DNA from: Oligoflexales bacterium | GTDB lineage: Bacteria; Bdellovibrionota_B; Oligoflexia; Oligoflexales; Bog-1112 | Reading direction: 5' to 3' | Length of the DNA stretch: 19,700 nucleotides | Assembly (NCBI GenBank): GCA_045105515.1 | Contig: JBGCDR010000196.1 | Coordinates: forward strand, 1-19,700 | Shown here: piece by piece, positions 8,546-17,796 of the stretch | How the letters are laid out: each line of letters opens with the position of its first letter | How positions within the stretch are numbered: position 1 is the first letter of the stretch | Made by a program: the position numbers and the translations under genes | The notes under the pieces: model-generated | The model's input: only the letters and a program-made list of their open reading frames with translations | Databases searched by the model: none | What the model was told of the DNA's origin: nothing

Positions 8546-8690
8546 CCCTAGAAAATTCGCTTCTGGGATTCACCAGGCATGAATCTTAATAACCAGCTGA
8601 AATATAGAATATTTAGCGATTATATACAATTTTAGGTGCTATATATTAATCAAGTTGTTATAGTTGTATTTATAAATTATAAATATTTAT

Positions 8691-9479
8691 ATGGGAAAAA
8701 CTATGGCCAGCAGAAGGCAGCTTATAAAAATTGTTGGTGGTATTATTTTTGGTATTAACCCTTGTTTAAGTTACTCACTACCATCTTCAAAGGGAAGCAG
8801 AGTGATTGAGGAATTATATTTACCTGTAATTGATATGGAAAAAGCGATAATATTTTACAAGGAAATGCTAGGTTTTCCCTTAGAAATTACCGATCATAGT
8901 TATATTTTTCATCTAGGTAATGCCAAACTGCGTTTATTTGAGCAAAAGGATCTTGTAAACCATTCTTTTTGTGGTCCCTATGACAATCATTTTGCTTTGA
9001 CATGCAGACATTTAGAAGATGTTGAGAAAAAATTGTCAAGAAACAATGTTGCTTACGGGCTCAATTATCTTGAAGAATTAGATCGTACTCAATTATTTTT
9101 CCGTGACCCTAGCGGGAACTTGGTTGAGGTAATTGAGGAATTTGAGCCCCAATATCTTGTTATAAGCTCTAGAAATTTTCTCCGCTTACATCATGTAACC
9201 AGAATATCCGATGATTGTGATCTGTCTTACATGTTTTATAAGCAATCTTTGGGTTTGAAGAGCAAATTTCGCCCCCCATTTCGAACTAGAGGCTATTACC
9301 TGAGTGCAGGAGGTATAGAAGTGCATATTATCCAGTTGGCAGAGTGGATGCAGCATTCAGGATCAATATCCCCTAAATCAATAGATGAGCAGGCTTACAC
9401 TTGGGCATTTGATTCAGCACTACCTTTAGCATCAAGGACTAAAAATATAGACCCTGATGGGCATCATGTGATGTTTTAA
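8691..9479 (+). CDS. VOC (glyoxalase/bleomycin resistance/dioxygenase) family protein with tandem domains and a twin-arginine signal
   Basis: SRRQLIK at the N-terminus. Domain 1: DMEKAIIFYKEMLGF, NHFAL and QLFFRDPSGNLVEV. Domain 2: LHHVT..DD.D.S..FY...LG, RPPF...GY.L and DPDGH. Confidence 0.85.
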   Translation: MGKTMASRRQLIKIVGGIIFGINPCLSYSLPSSKGSRVIEELYLPVIDMEKAIIFYKEMLGFPLEITDHSYIFHLGNAKLRLFEQKDLVNHSFCGPYDNHFALTCRHLEDVEKKLSRNNVAYGLNYLEELDRTQLFFRDPSGNLVEVIEEFEPQYLVISSRNFLRLHHVTRISDDCDLSYMFYKQSLGLKSKFRPPFRTRGYYLSAGGIEVHIIQLAEWMQHSGSISPKSIDEQAYTWAFDSALPLASRTKNIDPDGHHVMF

Positions 9480-9567
9480 ATGGCATCCGATTATGCTTGC
9501 CAAATTTTGGAGTGGTCCCTTTGTGATAATATAAATAAGCGTTATCAGAACCGTTTCATCTAAAAGA

Positions 9568-10464
9568 TTAAACTTTCCAACGATCTAGCCATGGCCCACT
9601 AATGGTAGTATTATAAGTATCTAGATTTTGCCCTGCTCGCTTTTGCTTTCCCCACTTATCCCATTGTTCCATGGAGCTTTTTATAGGTAAACACTCTTTG
9701 CCTGCACCCATTCCATTGGAAAGACTAGGATCCTGCCATCTTAAGTCAATGGTCCAACGTATTAGCTTTGAGAAATTTTCTAAACAACAGTGAGGAATAA
9801 GCTGATTAAAAAGAACTAAGCTTCCAGCGGGAACCGGACAGAAAATATGTTCGCCTTTTGGTAAATTATCCTCTGCAATTTTTAAGTACCAGGAATCAGG
9901 ATGACCTGAACCACTTTCAAGTTGATGCGGATAAACCTTTGCTTGGGAATGCCCACCTTTTATGAAGACCAAAGGTCCCTGTTCTAAAGTTACATCAAAT
10001 AGGGGAACCCAAGTTGTGATTTGAGAAATACTTTCGCTTCCAGTCTGTAGATATGCTGTATCTTGATGCCATGGAACCGTAGCAAGTGGGTTTTGTGGTG
10101 TCTTTGCTCTGAGATTCCAGACTGGATGCAAGCCAGGAGACTTACCCAGCAATGTTTCAATGAGAGAGATCATGGGTTTTTGAAGACTAAACTCGTGAAG
10201 TTCATGGCTAAATTCTCCTAAACTATGAATGCATACGGATGCCAATGGGTACTCTTTTTCAATCCATATTAGTCTAGTCGATAAGGGCTTATCCGCATAG
10301 GTACTTTTGATTTTCCCTTCCGCAAGTAGGTATGTGGCAAGTTCATTTACTAAACGAGATATCCATGCTTTTAGTGGAACAAGTTCTTGCTCAGTAAAAA
10401 ACTTAGGTAAAATCAGAAACCCGTTCTGTGTATAGTTTCGATGTTGTTGGCTGCTGAGTTCCAT
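9568..10464 (-). CDS. PhyH-family Fe(II)/2-oxoglutarate dioxygenase
   Basis: Motifs Y.QNGFL, VPWHQD (HxD), TTWVPL.DVT.E.G.L.FI.GGH, G..VLF....PH and RWTIDLR. GGGAG RBS. Confidence 0.93.
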   Translation of the reverse strand: MELSSQQHRNYTQNGFLILPKFFTEQELVPLKAWISRLVNELATYLLAEGKIKSTYADKPLSTRLIWIEKEYPLASVCIHSLGEFSHELHEFSLQKPMISLIETLLGKSPGLHPVWNLRAKTPQNPLATVPWHQDTAYLQTGSESISQITTWVPLFDVTLEQGPLVFIKGGHSQAKVYPHQLESGSGHPDSWYLKIAEDNLPKGEHIFCPVPAGSLVLFNQLIPHCCLENFSKLIRWTIDLRWQDPSLSNGMGAGKECLPIKSSMEQWDKWGKQKRAGQNLDTYNTTISGPWLDRWKV

Positions 10465-12203
10465 CTAAATAAAGCTCCCATCTTTGAACAATTTTGCGGT
10501 ACCAGGTGAAGTAGAGTCCGATAGCAGCACATCCTGAAAAACAAACAAATATGATGGCTGCTTGATACCATTGGGCTACAAAATACATCGGTCCCAAATA
10601 CAAACCTGCAATGACAACTATAGCTAAACAAACATTGATTGCGCTTAAAGCTAAGGTTTCACTGGGCTGAGTTGTTTGTTGTGAAACCTTTAACCGAACT
10701 TCCTTCCAAAATCCAAAAGGACGTACTGATTGATAGAACTTGATCAAGATTTCCTTGGGTACGGGGGGAGATAAATAACTCACAAACACAGAAGCTAAAC
10801 TTGAGCTAATAGTGCAAATAAGGAATGAATCAATTGCTTGTAGTTGGGGTACATATAGACTGAAAAAAGCAGTTAGCATTCCGACTACAAGGCCAGCACT
10901 ATATCCCCAACCATTCATTCGCCACCAATACCAACGTAATACATTTGGAACGATCACTCCTGATCCTAATGCCATCATTATCCAGCTCCAGATTTGAGTG
11001 ATAGATTGCTGTAGATCCGCAAAAAATACCGACTAAAACTAGAAGTATATTCGCAAAATAGCTTGCTCTGATCAGTTCTTGATTTGATGCATTGGGAGCA
11101 AAATGCTCGTGCCAAATATCTTTTACTAGGAAAGATGCGCTACTATTTAAAACTGAGCTAAATGTTGACATGAAAGCAGCAAAAAATCCTGTTAGGACAA
11201 AACCTCTTATTCCAGAAGGAAGATACTCACGAAAAACAAGGGGCATGACTTTTTCCGGGTCTTGAACTCCATTTTCTAAGCCTTGTAGGGCTAATAAAGT
11301 AATACCCATACACATAGGCCAGCGTACAACTAAAAACAAACTCCAAGCTGCACCTGTTTTAGCAGCGTCAGCAGGGTTTTTTGCTGCTAAAAATCTTTGG
11401 AAGTCATACATTTGCCCCGGTCCACCTAAGTTTAATAAGAATCCTTTAATACACCAAGCCACTGTCAGGAGTCCAAACGTTTCATAGCCTGGAATGGTAG
11501 TGGTAGATGGAGGTATCAATGAAGCCCAGGAATCATCGAGGTATGTATGTGCAGGTTCTAGAGAATACCATGCTATCCCTGCAATAATAAGAGATGAAAT
11601 ACTTAGGATAATTGTTTGGATGACATCGCTACAGACAACTGCCTTAAGCCCCCCTAATAATGCATAAATAGTAGTAAATCCCATAATGGTAAAGGCACAT
11701 GTTGTTGGAGAAAAAGGTAAATAGACACTAGCAAATTTTCCTATGCCTTGAAAAGCGTAGCCAATGCTTGCTGTTAGTGTAATTACAGCCATGATAGCAT
11801 AGGTGAGTTGAGCAAGCTTTCCTCCTTTACCATTTCCAAAGCGAATACGCATCCATTCAGCAGGGGTTAGCACCTCTGAAGATCTTACCCAACGACCCAT
11901 AAATGCCATAAATGCCATAAATGCCATAAATGCCATAAAAAAAGCGCCCATAAATACACCCCACATCATATGGACCCACATGGATTTCATGCCCATTAGA
12001 AACAAGAGGGAAGTTATAAACATGGTGCCAGCAATGTCAAAGTTGGAAACAGAACCAGACATAGCTAAATAGAGCCAACTAAGTTTATGATCAGCTAGAA
12101 AATAAGACTTTAAATCAACACTAGCGCTTTTTCTCGATAAAATACCAAGCAGCATCAACAGACTAAGATAGGTCCCAAAAATTAAATAATCAAGAAGGTC
12201 CAC
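10403..12203 (-). pseudogene. Sodium:solute symporter (SSS family), split by a frameshift near 11000-11026
   Basis: Motifs SYFLA..LSW, Y..LGGL.AV..SD.IQ, QRFLAAK, LP.G.RG....G..AAFMSTFSS.LN and LRWYWWR.NGW. The second frame continues as QSITQIWSWIMMALG. Confidence 0.9.
11897..11939. repeat. Perfect 9-bp tandem repeat (CCATAAATG)x4 plus a partial copy, in frame within the SSS gene
   Basis: Encodes FMAFMAFMAFMAFM on the minus strand. Confidence 0.97.
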
Positions 12204-12595
12204 TAAGATCTCCCTAAGGCTTCGATTGGTGATATCATCATCAGCGTACTTAATAAGCTTGCTTACTTTATTTATACTAATCTTTTTTAAATTGAACCAT
12301 ACATGCTTTTTAGTTTCCGGTGCAGTTTTGTTATAATTAACTTCATCCTACTTACAAATGTTTCAGAAACGCTCAGAATTTAGAACCCAAATCACAGATT
12401 TTATATTTCCTGTGATTCCCAGAGAAAAATGCTGGAGTTTAGGAGATGGTCTAGCACCCTTTCAGAGCTGGTATGATATCCCTATTGTTGACTGTTATAA
12501 ATACGTATGCTAAACGATTTTAGCTATGTTCTGGTTTTTTCCACCATTAGACCAATTAATCAGAAGCGGGACTATAAATTAGGCATTATAAGCTA

Positions 12596-14158
12596 ATGAT
12601 TCAACAAAAACAGCTTAAAAAATATGCTCATGAAGTTAGCCAAAAACTTATTCATCGTACTAGTCATTTCAGTAAGATCCCTAAACTCAACAAGTTAGTA
12701 GGAACTAAGCATCTGGAAAAGGTTCAGACTTGGATCTTAAATAGACAACTGAAGCAATTTAAACAAACACCTTGGGGTAAAAGACATCTTTCCCAATGCT
12801 ATAGTTATGAGACTTTTAAAAACACTTGCCCTGAAACAAGCTATTCTGATTGGAAGGAGCTTATTGAAAAGCAAAGAAATTTAAGACAAGAAGTTTTCAG
12901 TCCTAAAGTACAAAGATATGTGCCAACGAGTGGATCTAGTGATCTAATCAAATGGATTCCCTACACTAAATTATTCAACCAAGAATTGCAGAGTGCCTTA
13001 TCTAGTTGGTTAGCTAATATTGCAATTTTGTATCCAAAAACTTGTCAAGGCAGCCATTATTGGTCCTTATCTTGGCTACCAGATTCGCTACGAATAAATG
13101 GTGAAACCACTGACGATTCCCAAGTGTTATCGAAACTATCGCGTTTTCTTTATAAACAAATCATGGCAGTGCCTTCTGAAGTTGGTCAGCTTCCAAGCTG
13201 CAGAGATACCCGTTTTGCAAGCGCAATCTATCTTTGTGCTTGTCAGAGTTTATCAGTAGTCTCCTTTTGGAGCCCAACCCTTGGCTTAGAGCTTCTTCAA
13301 GACATCATTGCCCATAAAGAAACCATAGCAGATATTCTAGGAGGGGGTTCTTGGAATTATCCTGTACCTGCACCTCGGTCTCCTCGAAACGCTTCCATTT
13401 TGAGAACTTGGAATAGTGGTGAAGCTCCTCAGGAATTATTTCGCGCATTGTGGCCGAAGTTATCCCTTGTAAGTGCATGGGACACAGGAAGTTCTCGTAT
13501 ATGGGCAGAAAAGTTAAAAAGGCTTCTTGCACCTGCAAACTTTCAGGGCAAGGGTCTTTGGGCTACAGAAGGTGTGGTTTCAATTCCAATCAATGGGTGC
13601 AATGTTCTTGCTGCTACAAGTCATTTCTATGAATTTAAGCTTATCAGTACCGGTGAAATAATTCCTTCTTGGCAACTAGAAACTGGTGTAGAAGTTCAGC
13701 CTATCCTTACTACAGGTAGTGGGCTCTTACGTTACCAACTATTTGACAAAATGGTCTGCCGGGGCTTTTTAGGAGCTCTTCCAAAGTTAGAGTTTATGGG
13801 GCGACTAGGGGGAATTGATATGGTGGGGGAAAAACTCGATTATTCCCACGTTGGGAAATATCTGAATATACTTCGAGGGAATGGGATTCCTGCCTTATCC
13901 CTTATTGGTGTTAATCGCAAGAACCCTCATTACATTTTGCTTATAAAAAGAGAGATTGATCTAGCTACCAATAATAGTATTCGCAGTGAGACAGAAAATT
14001 TTCTCAGGCAGAGTCATCATTATGCTTTGGCTCAAGATATGGGGCAGCTAGGATCCCTTGAAGTTATAGGCAGCCAAGATGCTCTAGGCTATTACCACGG
14101 ATTATTCACCAAACCTCGGGGACAGATCAAGATAGAAGATCTTGCTCTTGCTCAGTAA
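12596..14158 (+). CDS. GH3-family acyl-adenylate-forming amido synthetase (GH3 auxin-responsive promoter family)
   Basis: P-loop TSGSS...KWIPYT, GLWATEG, SHFYEF, TT.SGLLRY.L.D and F.GR...D.VGEKL. Confidence 0.9.
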   Translation: MIQQKQLKKYAHEVSQKLIHRTSHFSKIPKLNKLVGTKHLEKVQTWILNRQLKQFKQTPWGKRHLSQCYSYETFKNTCPETSYSDWKELIEKQRNLRQEVFSPKVQRYVPTSGSSDLIKWIPYTKLFNQELQSALSSWLANIAILYPKTCQGSHYWSLSWLPDSLRINGETTDDSQVLSKLSRFLYKQIMAVPSEVGQLPSCRDTRFASAIYLCACQSLSVVSFWSPTLGLELLQDIIAHKETIADILGGGSWNYPVPAPRSPRNASILRTWNSGEAPQELFRALWPKLSLVSAWDTGSSRIWAEKLKRLLAPANFQGKGLWATEGVVSIPINGCNVLAATSHFYEFKLISTGEIIPSWQLETGVEVQPILTTGSGLLRYQLFDKMVCRGFLGALPKLEFMGRLGGIDMVGEKLDYSHVGKYLNILRGNGIPALSLIGVNRKNPHYILLIKREIDLATNNSIRSETENFLRQSHHYALAQDMGQLGSLEVIGSQDALGYYHGLFTKPRGQIKIEDLALAQ

Positions 14159-14172
14159 GTTTAGGAGTTAAT

Positions 14173-15210
14173 GTGAACCTAAGGGAGCGTGATCAGCGGC
14201 TGCAAGAGAACTGGTATATTGCTTGTCAGTCCTTTCGTCTTAAAAAAAACAAACCGCTTAAGAGTAAGATATACGATCAAAATCTAGTGATTTTTCGCAA
14301 CCAAAATAATGTAGCTTCTTGTTTGCTGGATCGTTGTTTGCATAGACATTCCCCTCTTTCTGCCGGAAGAATAAGTTCTGGGCAAATCGAGTGCCCTTAT
14401 CATGGGTGGTGCTTTAATGACCGGGGTGAATTAACTAAAATTCCTTCAGAGAAGAATTCTTGCACACGCTTCCGTAAGAAAATAAAGCACTTTCCTGTTA
14501 TCGAGCAGGATGGATTAATCTGGATATGGATGGGTGATGATGAAAAACCCTATAAGAAGCCCTGGAAATTCCCAGAAAAAAAAGGATGGCATTCATATAT
14601 TATGGAAACCAATTTTGAAAATGAAGTAACTCATTTAGCAGAAAACTTCATGGATGTTCCTCACACTGGTTTTGTGCATAAAGGTTGGTTTAGAAATGTC
14701 AGTAATCAAAAATGCGATATGACTGTTCGTGCTACGAATGGTGAAGTGTGGGTAGACTATAAGCAAGACAAGGATAAAATTGGTTTCATCGATAAGTTAC
14801 TGAATCCTACGGGAGCTGATTCAGTTCACACTGACCATTTTTTTATGCCAAATATTACAAAAGTTGACTATCTTTTTGGGGCTCATAGAGGTTTTTCTAT
14901 CATTAGTCAATGTACCCCAGAGTCAACATTGCAAAGTAAGGTATTCACGCAAATATCTTATCGATTATTTCCAGGGATCGATGCAGTTTTTAAACCTTTT
15001 CTAAATTGGTATACCAGACAGGTTATTAATCAAGATGTTGAAATTATGAAGCTGCAGGGAAAAAATATTGATGATTTAAGTAGACCTAAATTTACAGGTG
15101 GTCAGGCTGATCAGATTCACCGAGAAATTGAAAAACTGAGGATTCAAGGAATTAATGATCCTGACACTGTCCCCACTTCCTCCGAAAATATAGTGTCAAT
15201 ATGGATCTAG
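14173..15210 (+). CDS. Rieske non-heme iron oxygenase (VanA/KshA-type monooxygenase alpha subunit)
   Basis: Rieske ligands DRCLHR...CPYHGW and mononuclear Fe motif ENFMDVPHTGFVH, with C-terminal QD. RBS AGGAG at 14163-14167. Confidence 0.95.
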   Translation: MNLRERDQRLQENWYIACQSFRLKKNKPLKSKIYDQNLVIFRNQNNVASCLLDRCLHRHSPLSAGRISSGQIECPYHGWCFNDRGELTKIPSEKNSCTRFRKKIKHFPVIEQDGLIWIWMGDDEKPYKKPWKFPEKKGWHSYIMETNFENEVTHLAENFMDVPHTGFVHKGWFRNVSNQKCDMTVRATNGEVWVDYKQDKDKIGFIDKLLNPTGADSVHTDHFFMPNITKVDYLFGAHRGFSIISQCTPESTLQSKVFTQISYRLFPGIDAVFKPFLNWYTRQVINQDVEIMKLQGKNIDDLSRPKFTGGQADQIHREIEKLRIQGINDPDTVPTSSENIVSIWI

Positions 15211-16337
15211 AAGCATTCCTTAAGAAATGGCCTCAGTATAGCCTTGCTGAAGAACAAGATAACTCAGAGATTTTAGAATTTTGTCGTCCTTTGAGTATAG
15301 CTGGAGAAGGATTATCTTTCCAATATTTGCGTGATCCTTGCTTTTTCACCTTCAGTCGTTTTCAAGGAAAAGTTTTTACCTTTGTTGCGCGCATTGAAGG
15401 CAAAATTCGAGGTATTTTTAGTCTTTTAGTTCGTTCTGCTTATATGGATCAAAAAAAGGTAAAGCTTGGCTCATTTAGCGATCTTTTAGTTGAACCTGGA
15501 TATTCAAAATCTGTTGATTGGTATCGATTGGCTGCGGCATTGATGGAGCAAAAAGACAAGATAAATGAACTCATTGGCATTGCAAGCTTCCAAAGTGTTT
15601 TTGTAGATGCCAATAAGCGCGCAAAAAGAGCCATTTATGGAAAGAAAAATCCGGGGAAAGTTTGCTTTTTCAATACAGACCCATATCACATGGTTAATAT
15701 TGTTTCACCGCTAAAACGAGTTAAATACAAGTCTGGGTATAAAGTAGAGTTTGGGTCCATAAAGACAGGAGAAGAAATACTTGACTTTATGGACCGTTGT
15801 CAAAGTCAGCAGCAATTTGGTTTTTCGGCAAGAGATGAGTGGAAGCATCGTCAAATTCATTGGCCATCATGTACTATTGATCGCTTCATTGTTTTAAGGT
15901 ATCTAGACAAAATTGTTGGGGTAACACTTCCTTGGAGCCCTTATCCGGCTAAGAGTATATTGGTGAAGAAAATTCCAAAATCTTTAGGAATACTAAGAAA
16001 GATTCAAAAGATTTTTCCGAGTATGAATATCCCAAAAGAAGGTGATTTCTTTAAGTCAATTTATCTAACACACCTTAATATCTGTAATAGTCTTAAGGAA
16101 AATCAATCTCGCTATATTATGACTCTTCTCATAGATCATGTTTGGAAAAACAGCCTATATGAAGGGATTCACACAGTATCTTTTGCAGATTTTACTAAAC
16201 GCTCTCTAGCACCTTCAAGTTTGTATTTTATTCAAAACAAAATACCAATGCGGCTTTGTTATATGGGCTTTCACAGTCATAAGTCACCGGTATTTAATGT
16301 AGGAAGGGTTTCTGCTCTTGAAATTGCAATGGTCTAA
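15201..16337 (+). CDS. Hypothetical protein, probable tandem GNAT-fold acyltransferase
   Basis: A..EDN.EILEF, Y.RDP.FF, G.FSDL.V.P.Y and DANKRA follow the GNAT motif order; a second similar half follows. Confidence 0.6.
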   Translation: MDLEAFLKKWPQYSLAEEQDNSEILEFCRPLSIAGEGLSFQYLRDPCFFTFSRFQGKVFTFVARIEGKIRGIFSLLVRSAYMDQKKVKLGSFSDLLVEPGYSKSVDWYRLAAALMEQKDKINELIGIASFQSVFVDANKRAKRAIYGKKNPGKVCFFNTDPYHMVNIVSPLKRVKYKSGYKVEFGSIKTGEEILDFMDRCQSQQQFGFSARDEWKHRQIHWPSCTIDRFIVLRYLDKIVGVTLPWSPYPAKSILVKKIPKSLGILRKIQKIFPSMNIPKEGDFFKSIYLTHLNICNSLKENQSRYIMTLLIDHVWKNSLYEGIHTVSFADFTKRSLAPSSLYFIQNKIPMRLCYMGFHSHKSPVFNVGRVSALEIAMV

Positions 16338-17796
16338 ATCTTTACCCACCACCGAGAGGTGGATCAGCGAAAATCCATGGCAAGCTTTTTTAGTTTATTT
16401 TTGTAGTAGTTCAATCCTCTACTATTGGGCCAGCCATCATCCGTGGACCAGTAAATTTAGAATTTTTTCTAACACTCTTGACGCAATGATACCATATATG
16501 CCGGCATTTGTGACTCCATATCTTAGCTATTTTGCTATCGTGCCTACCTTTATTTTTCTGAGTCACAAGGAAAAATACTTTTCGAAAGTTTTCTTAAATA
16601 CCTGTGGGTTTGTGTGGATTCATCTTTTTATCTGCATTGTAGTACCCTCACATTTTAGTTTTGAGCTTCCTAAAACCTCATCTTATCTAGGGAATCTTTT
16701 GGCACAAATAGATACTCCTTTTGCTGCTTTTCCCAGTGGGCATGTTGGCCTACCAATCTGTTTAAGCTTGCTATTGTTTAAAAATGCACCTAAGCAATCT
16801 TTCTTGTTTGGTGCGTGGACAATACTGATGTGTATTTGTACCCTTGCTACCAAACAATACAGTATAGTTGATGTAATTGGAGGGCTAATTTTAGGTAGTT
16901 TGGTTGGTTTAACAGCAATTTCACTAGACGATGATAAAAAACAACATTTTAGGAAAAAATTAGCAACTAAAACGCTTTTAGCAGCCGGGTGCGAATGGAT
17001 GCTTATTATTCTCTCACTTGTATTGTCTCTACAATTTCCTTCATGGCCTTCATATGTGATCTCCTTTTGTATCATTGCTAGCAGACAGCATGCCTTGTTT
17101 ATTCTCTATCATGATGGAGTTCATGGCCTTTGGGTGAAGGATTTGCGAACCAACGATTTTCTAGTCAATCTGAGTGTAGGAATACCCTTTCTTGCCCCTA
17201 TACAAGTTTATAGACCTTTACATCTTTCCCATCATCAGCAATTGGGTAAAGCAGATGATCCAGAGTTGCGGTTCCTATATGCTGGACAACCTTGGAAATA
17301 TAAACCCCTATCAGCCGTCAGATTTTTCCAGCAAGTATTTTATGATTTGTTTGGAATTAGTTTTGTAATGTCGCTGTTTGCCCTTATTAGAAATCCACCC
17401 ACCTTAAAGAGATTCAAGGGCTTTGATCTTTGGTTTTTACTTGCATGTTTTATTTGGTTTCTTATATTACTAGGTATTACTTGTGTTGAACAGGCAAAAA
17501 CCATATTCGTTTTACTATACCTACCCTTATATACTCTTACGCAATGTTTGCAAAAAATCAGGAGTTTTCTAGAACATGGCATCAAGGATGAGCAAAACCA
17601 CACAACATATTCTTGGTTTCCTGGGTTTTTAGGGCGTCTGACTATTTGGCCTTATCACATAAACTTCCATCGTGAGCATCATAAATTCCCCTCTATTTCA
17701 TGGAATCAATTACCCAGTTTACCCTCTCACACAAATTTAAAAAACACTAATCTAGCCTTAGGCCACTTACTCAACCTATCAAGGAAAAAGCCATGA
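16318..17796 (+). CDS. Fusion of a PAP2-superfamily (IPC-synthase/Aur1-like) membrane domain and a membrane fatty acid desaturase
   Basis: N-half: LDAMIPY.P.F..PYLSY, D.PFAAFPSGHV and TLATKQYSIVDVIGG. C-half: His boxes HDGVH, HLSHH, EH and HREHH. The start codon is uncertain (TTG). Confidence 0.88.
   Translation: MKLQWSKSLPTTERWISENPWQAFLVYFCSSSILYYWASHHPWTSKFRIFSNTLDAMIPYMPAFVTPYLSYFAIVPTFIFLSHKEKYFSKVFLNTCGFVWIHLFICIVVPSHFSFELPKTSSYLGNLLAQIDTPFAAFPSGHVGLPICLSLLLFKNAPKQSFLFGAWTILMCICTLATKQYSIVDVIGGLILGSLVGLTAISLDDDKKQHFRKKLATKTLLAAGCEWMLIILSLVLSLQFPSWPSYVISFCIIASRQHALFILYHDGVHGLWVKDLRTNDFLVNLSVGIPFLAPIQVYRPLHLSHHQQLGKADDPELRFLYAGQPWKYKPLSAVRFFQQVFYDLFGISFVMSLFALIRNPPTLKRFKGFDLWFLLACFIWFLILLGITCVEQAKTIFVLLYLPLYTLTQCLQKIRSFLEHGIKDEQNHTTYSWFPGFLGRLTIWPYHINFHREHHKFPSISWNQLPSLPSHTNLKNTNLALGHLLNLSRKKP

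Noticed and set aside
11897..11939. Repeat as a CRISPR array
   Set aside because: The 9-bp units have no spacers and lie inside a CDS; there are no cas genes.
12358..12596. 51-aa ORF (12358-12513) and a short frame ending in TAATG at the GH3 start
   Set aside because: No RBS or recognisable motif. It could be a decayed upstream gene but cannot be supported.
12596..14158. GH3 as evidence of auxin/jasmonate conjugation or plant gene transfer
   Set aside because: Bacterial GH3 homologs are widespread, and the operon context points to lipid or secondary metabolism. Substrate cannot be read from the sequence.
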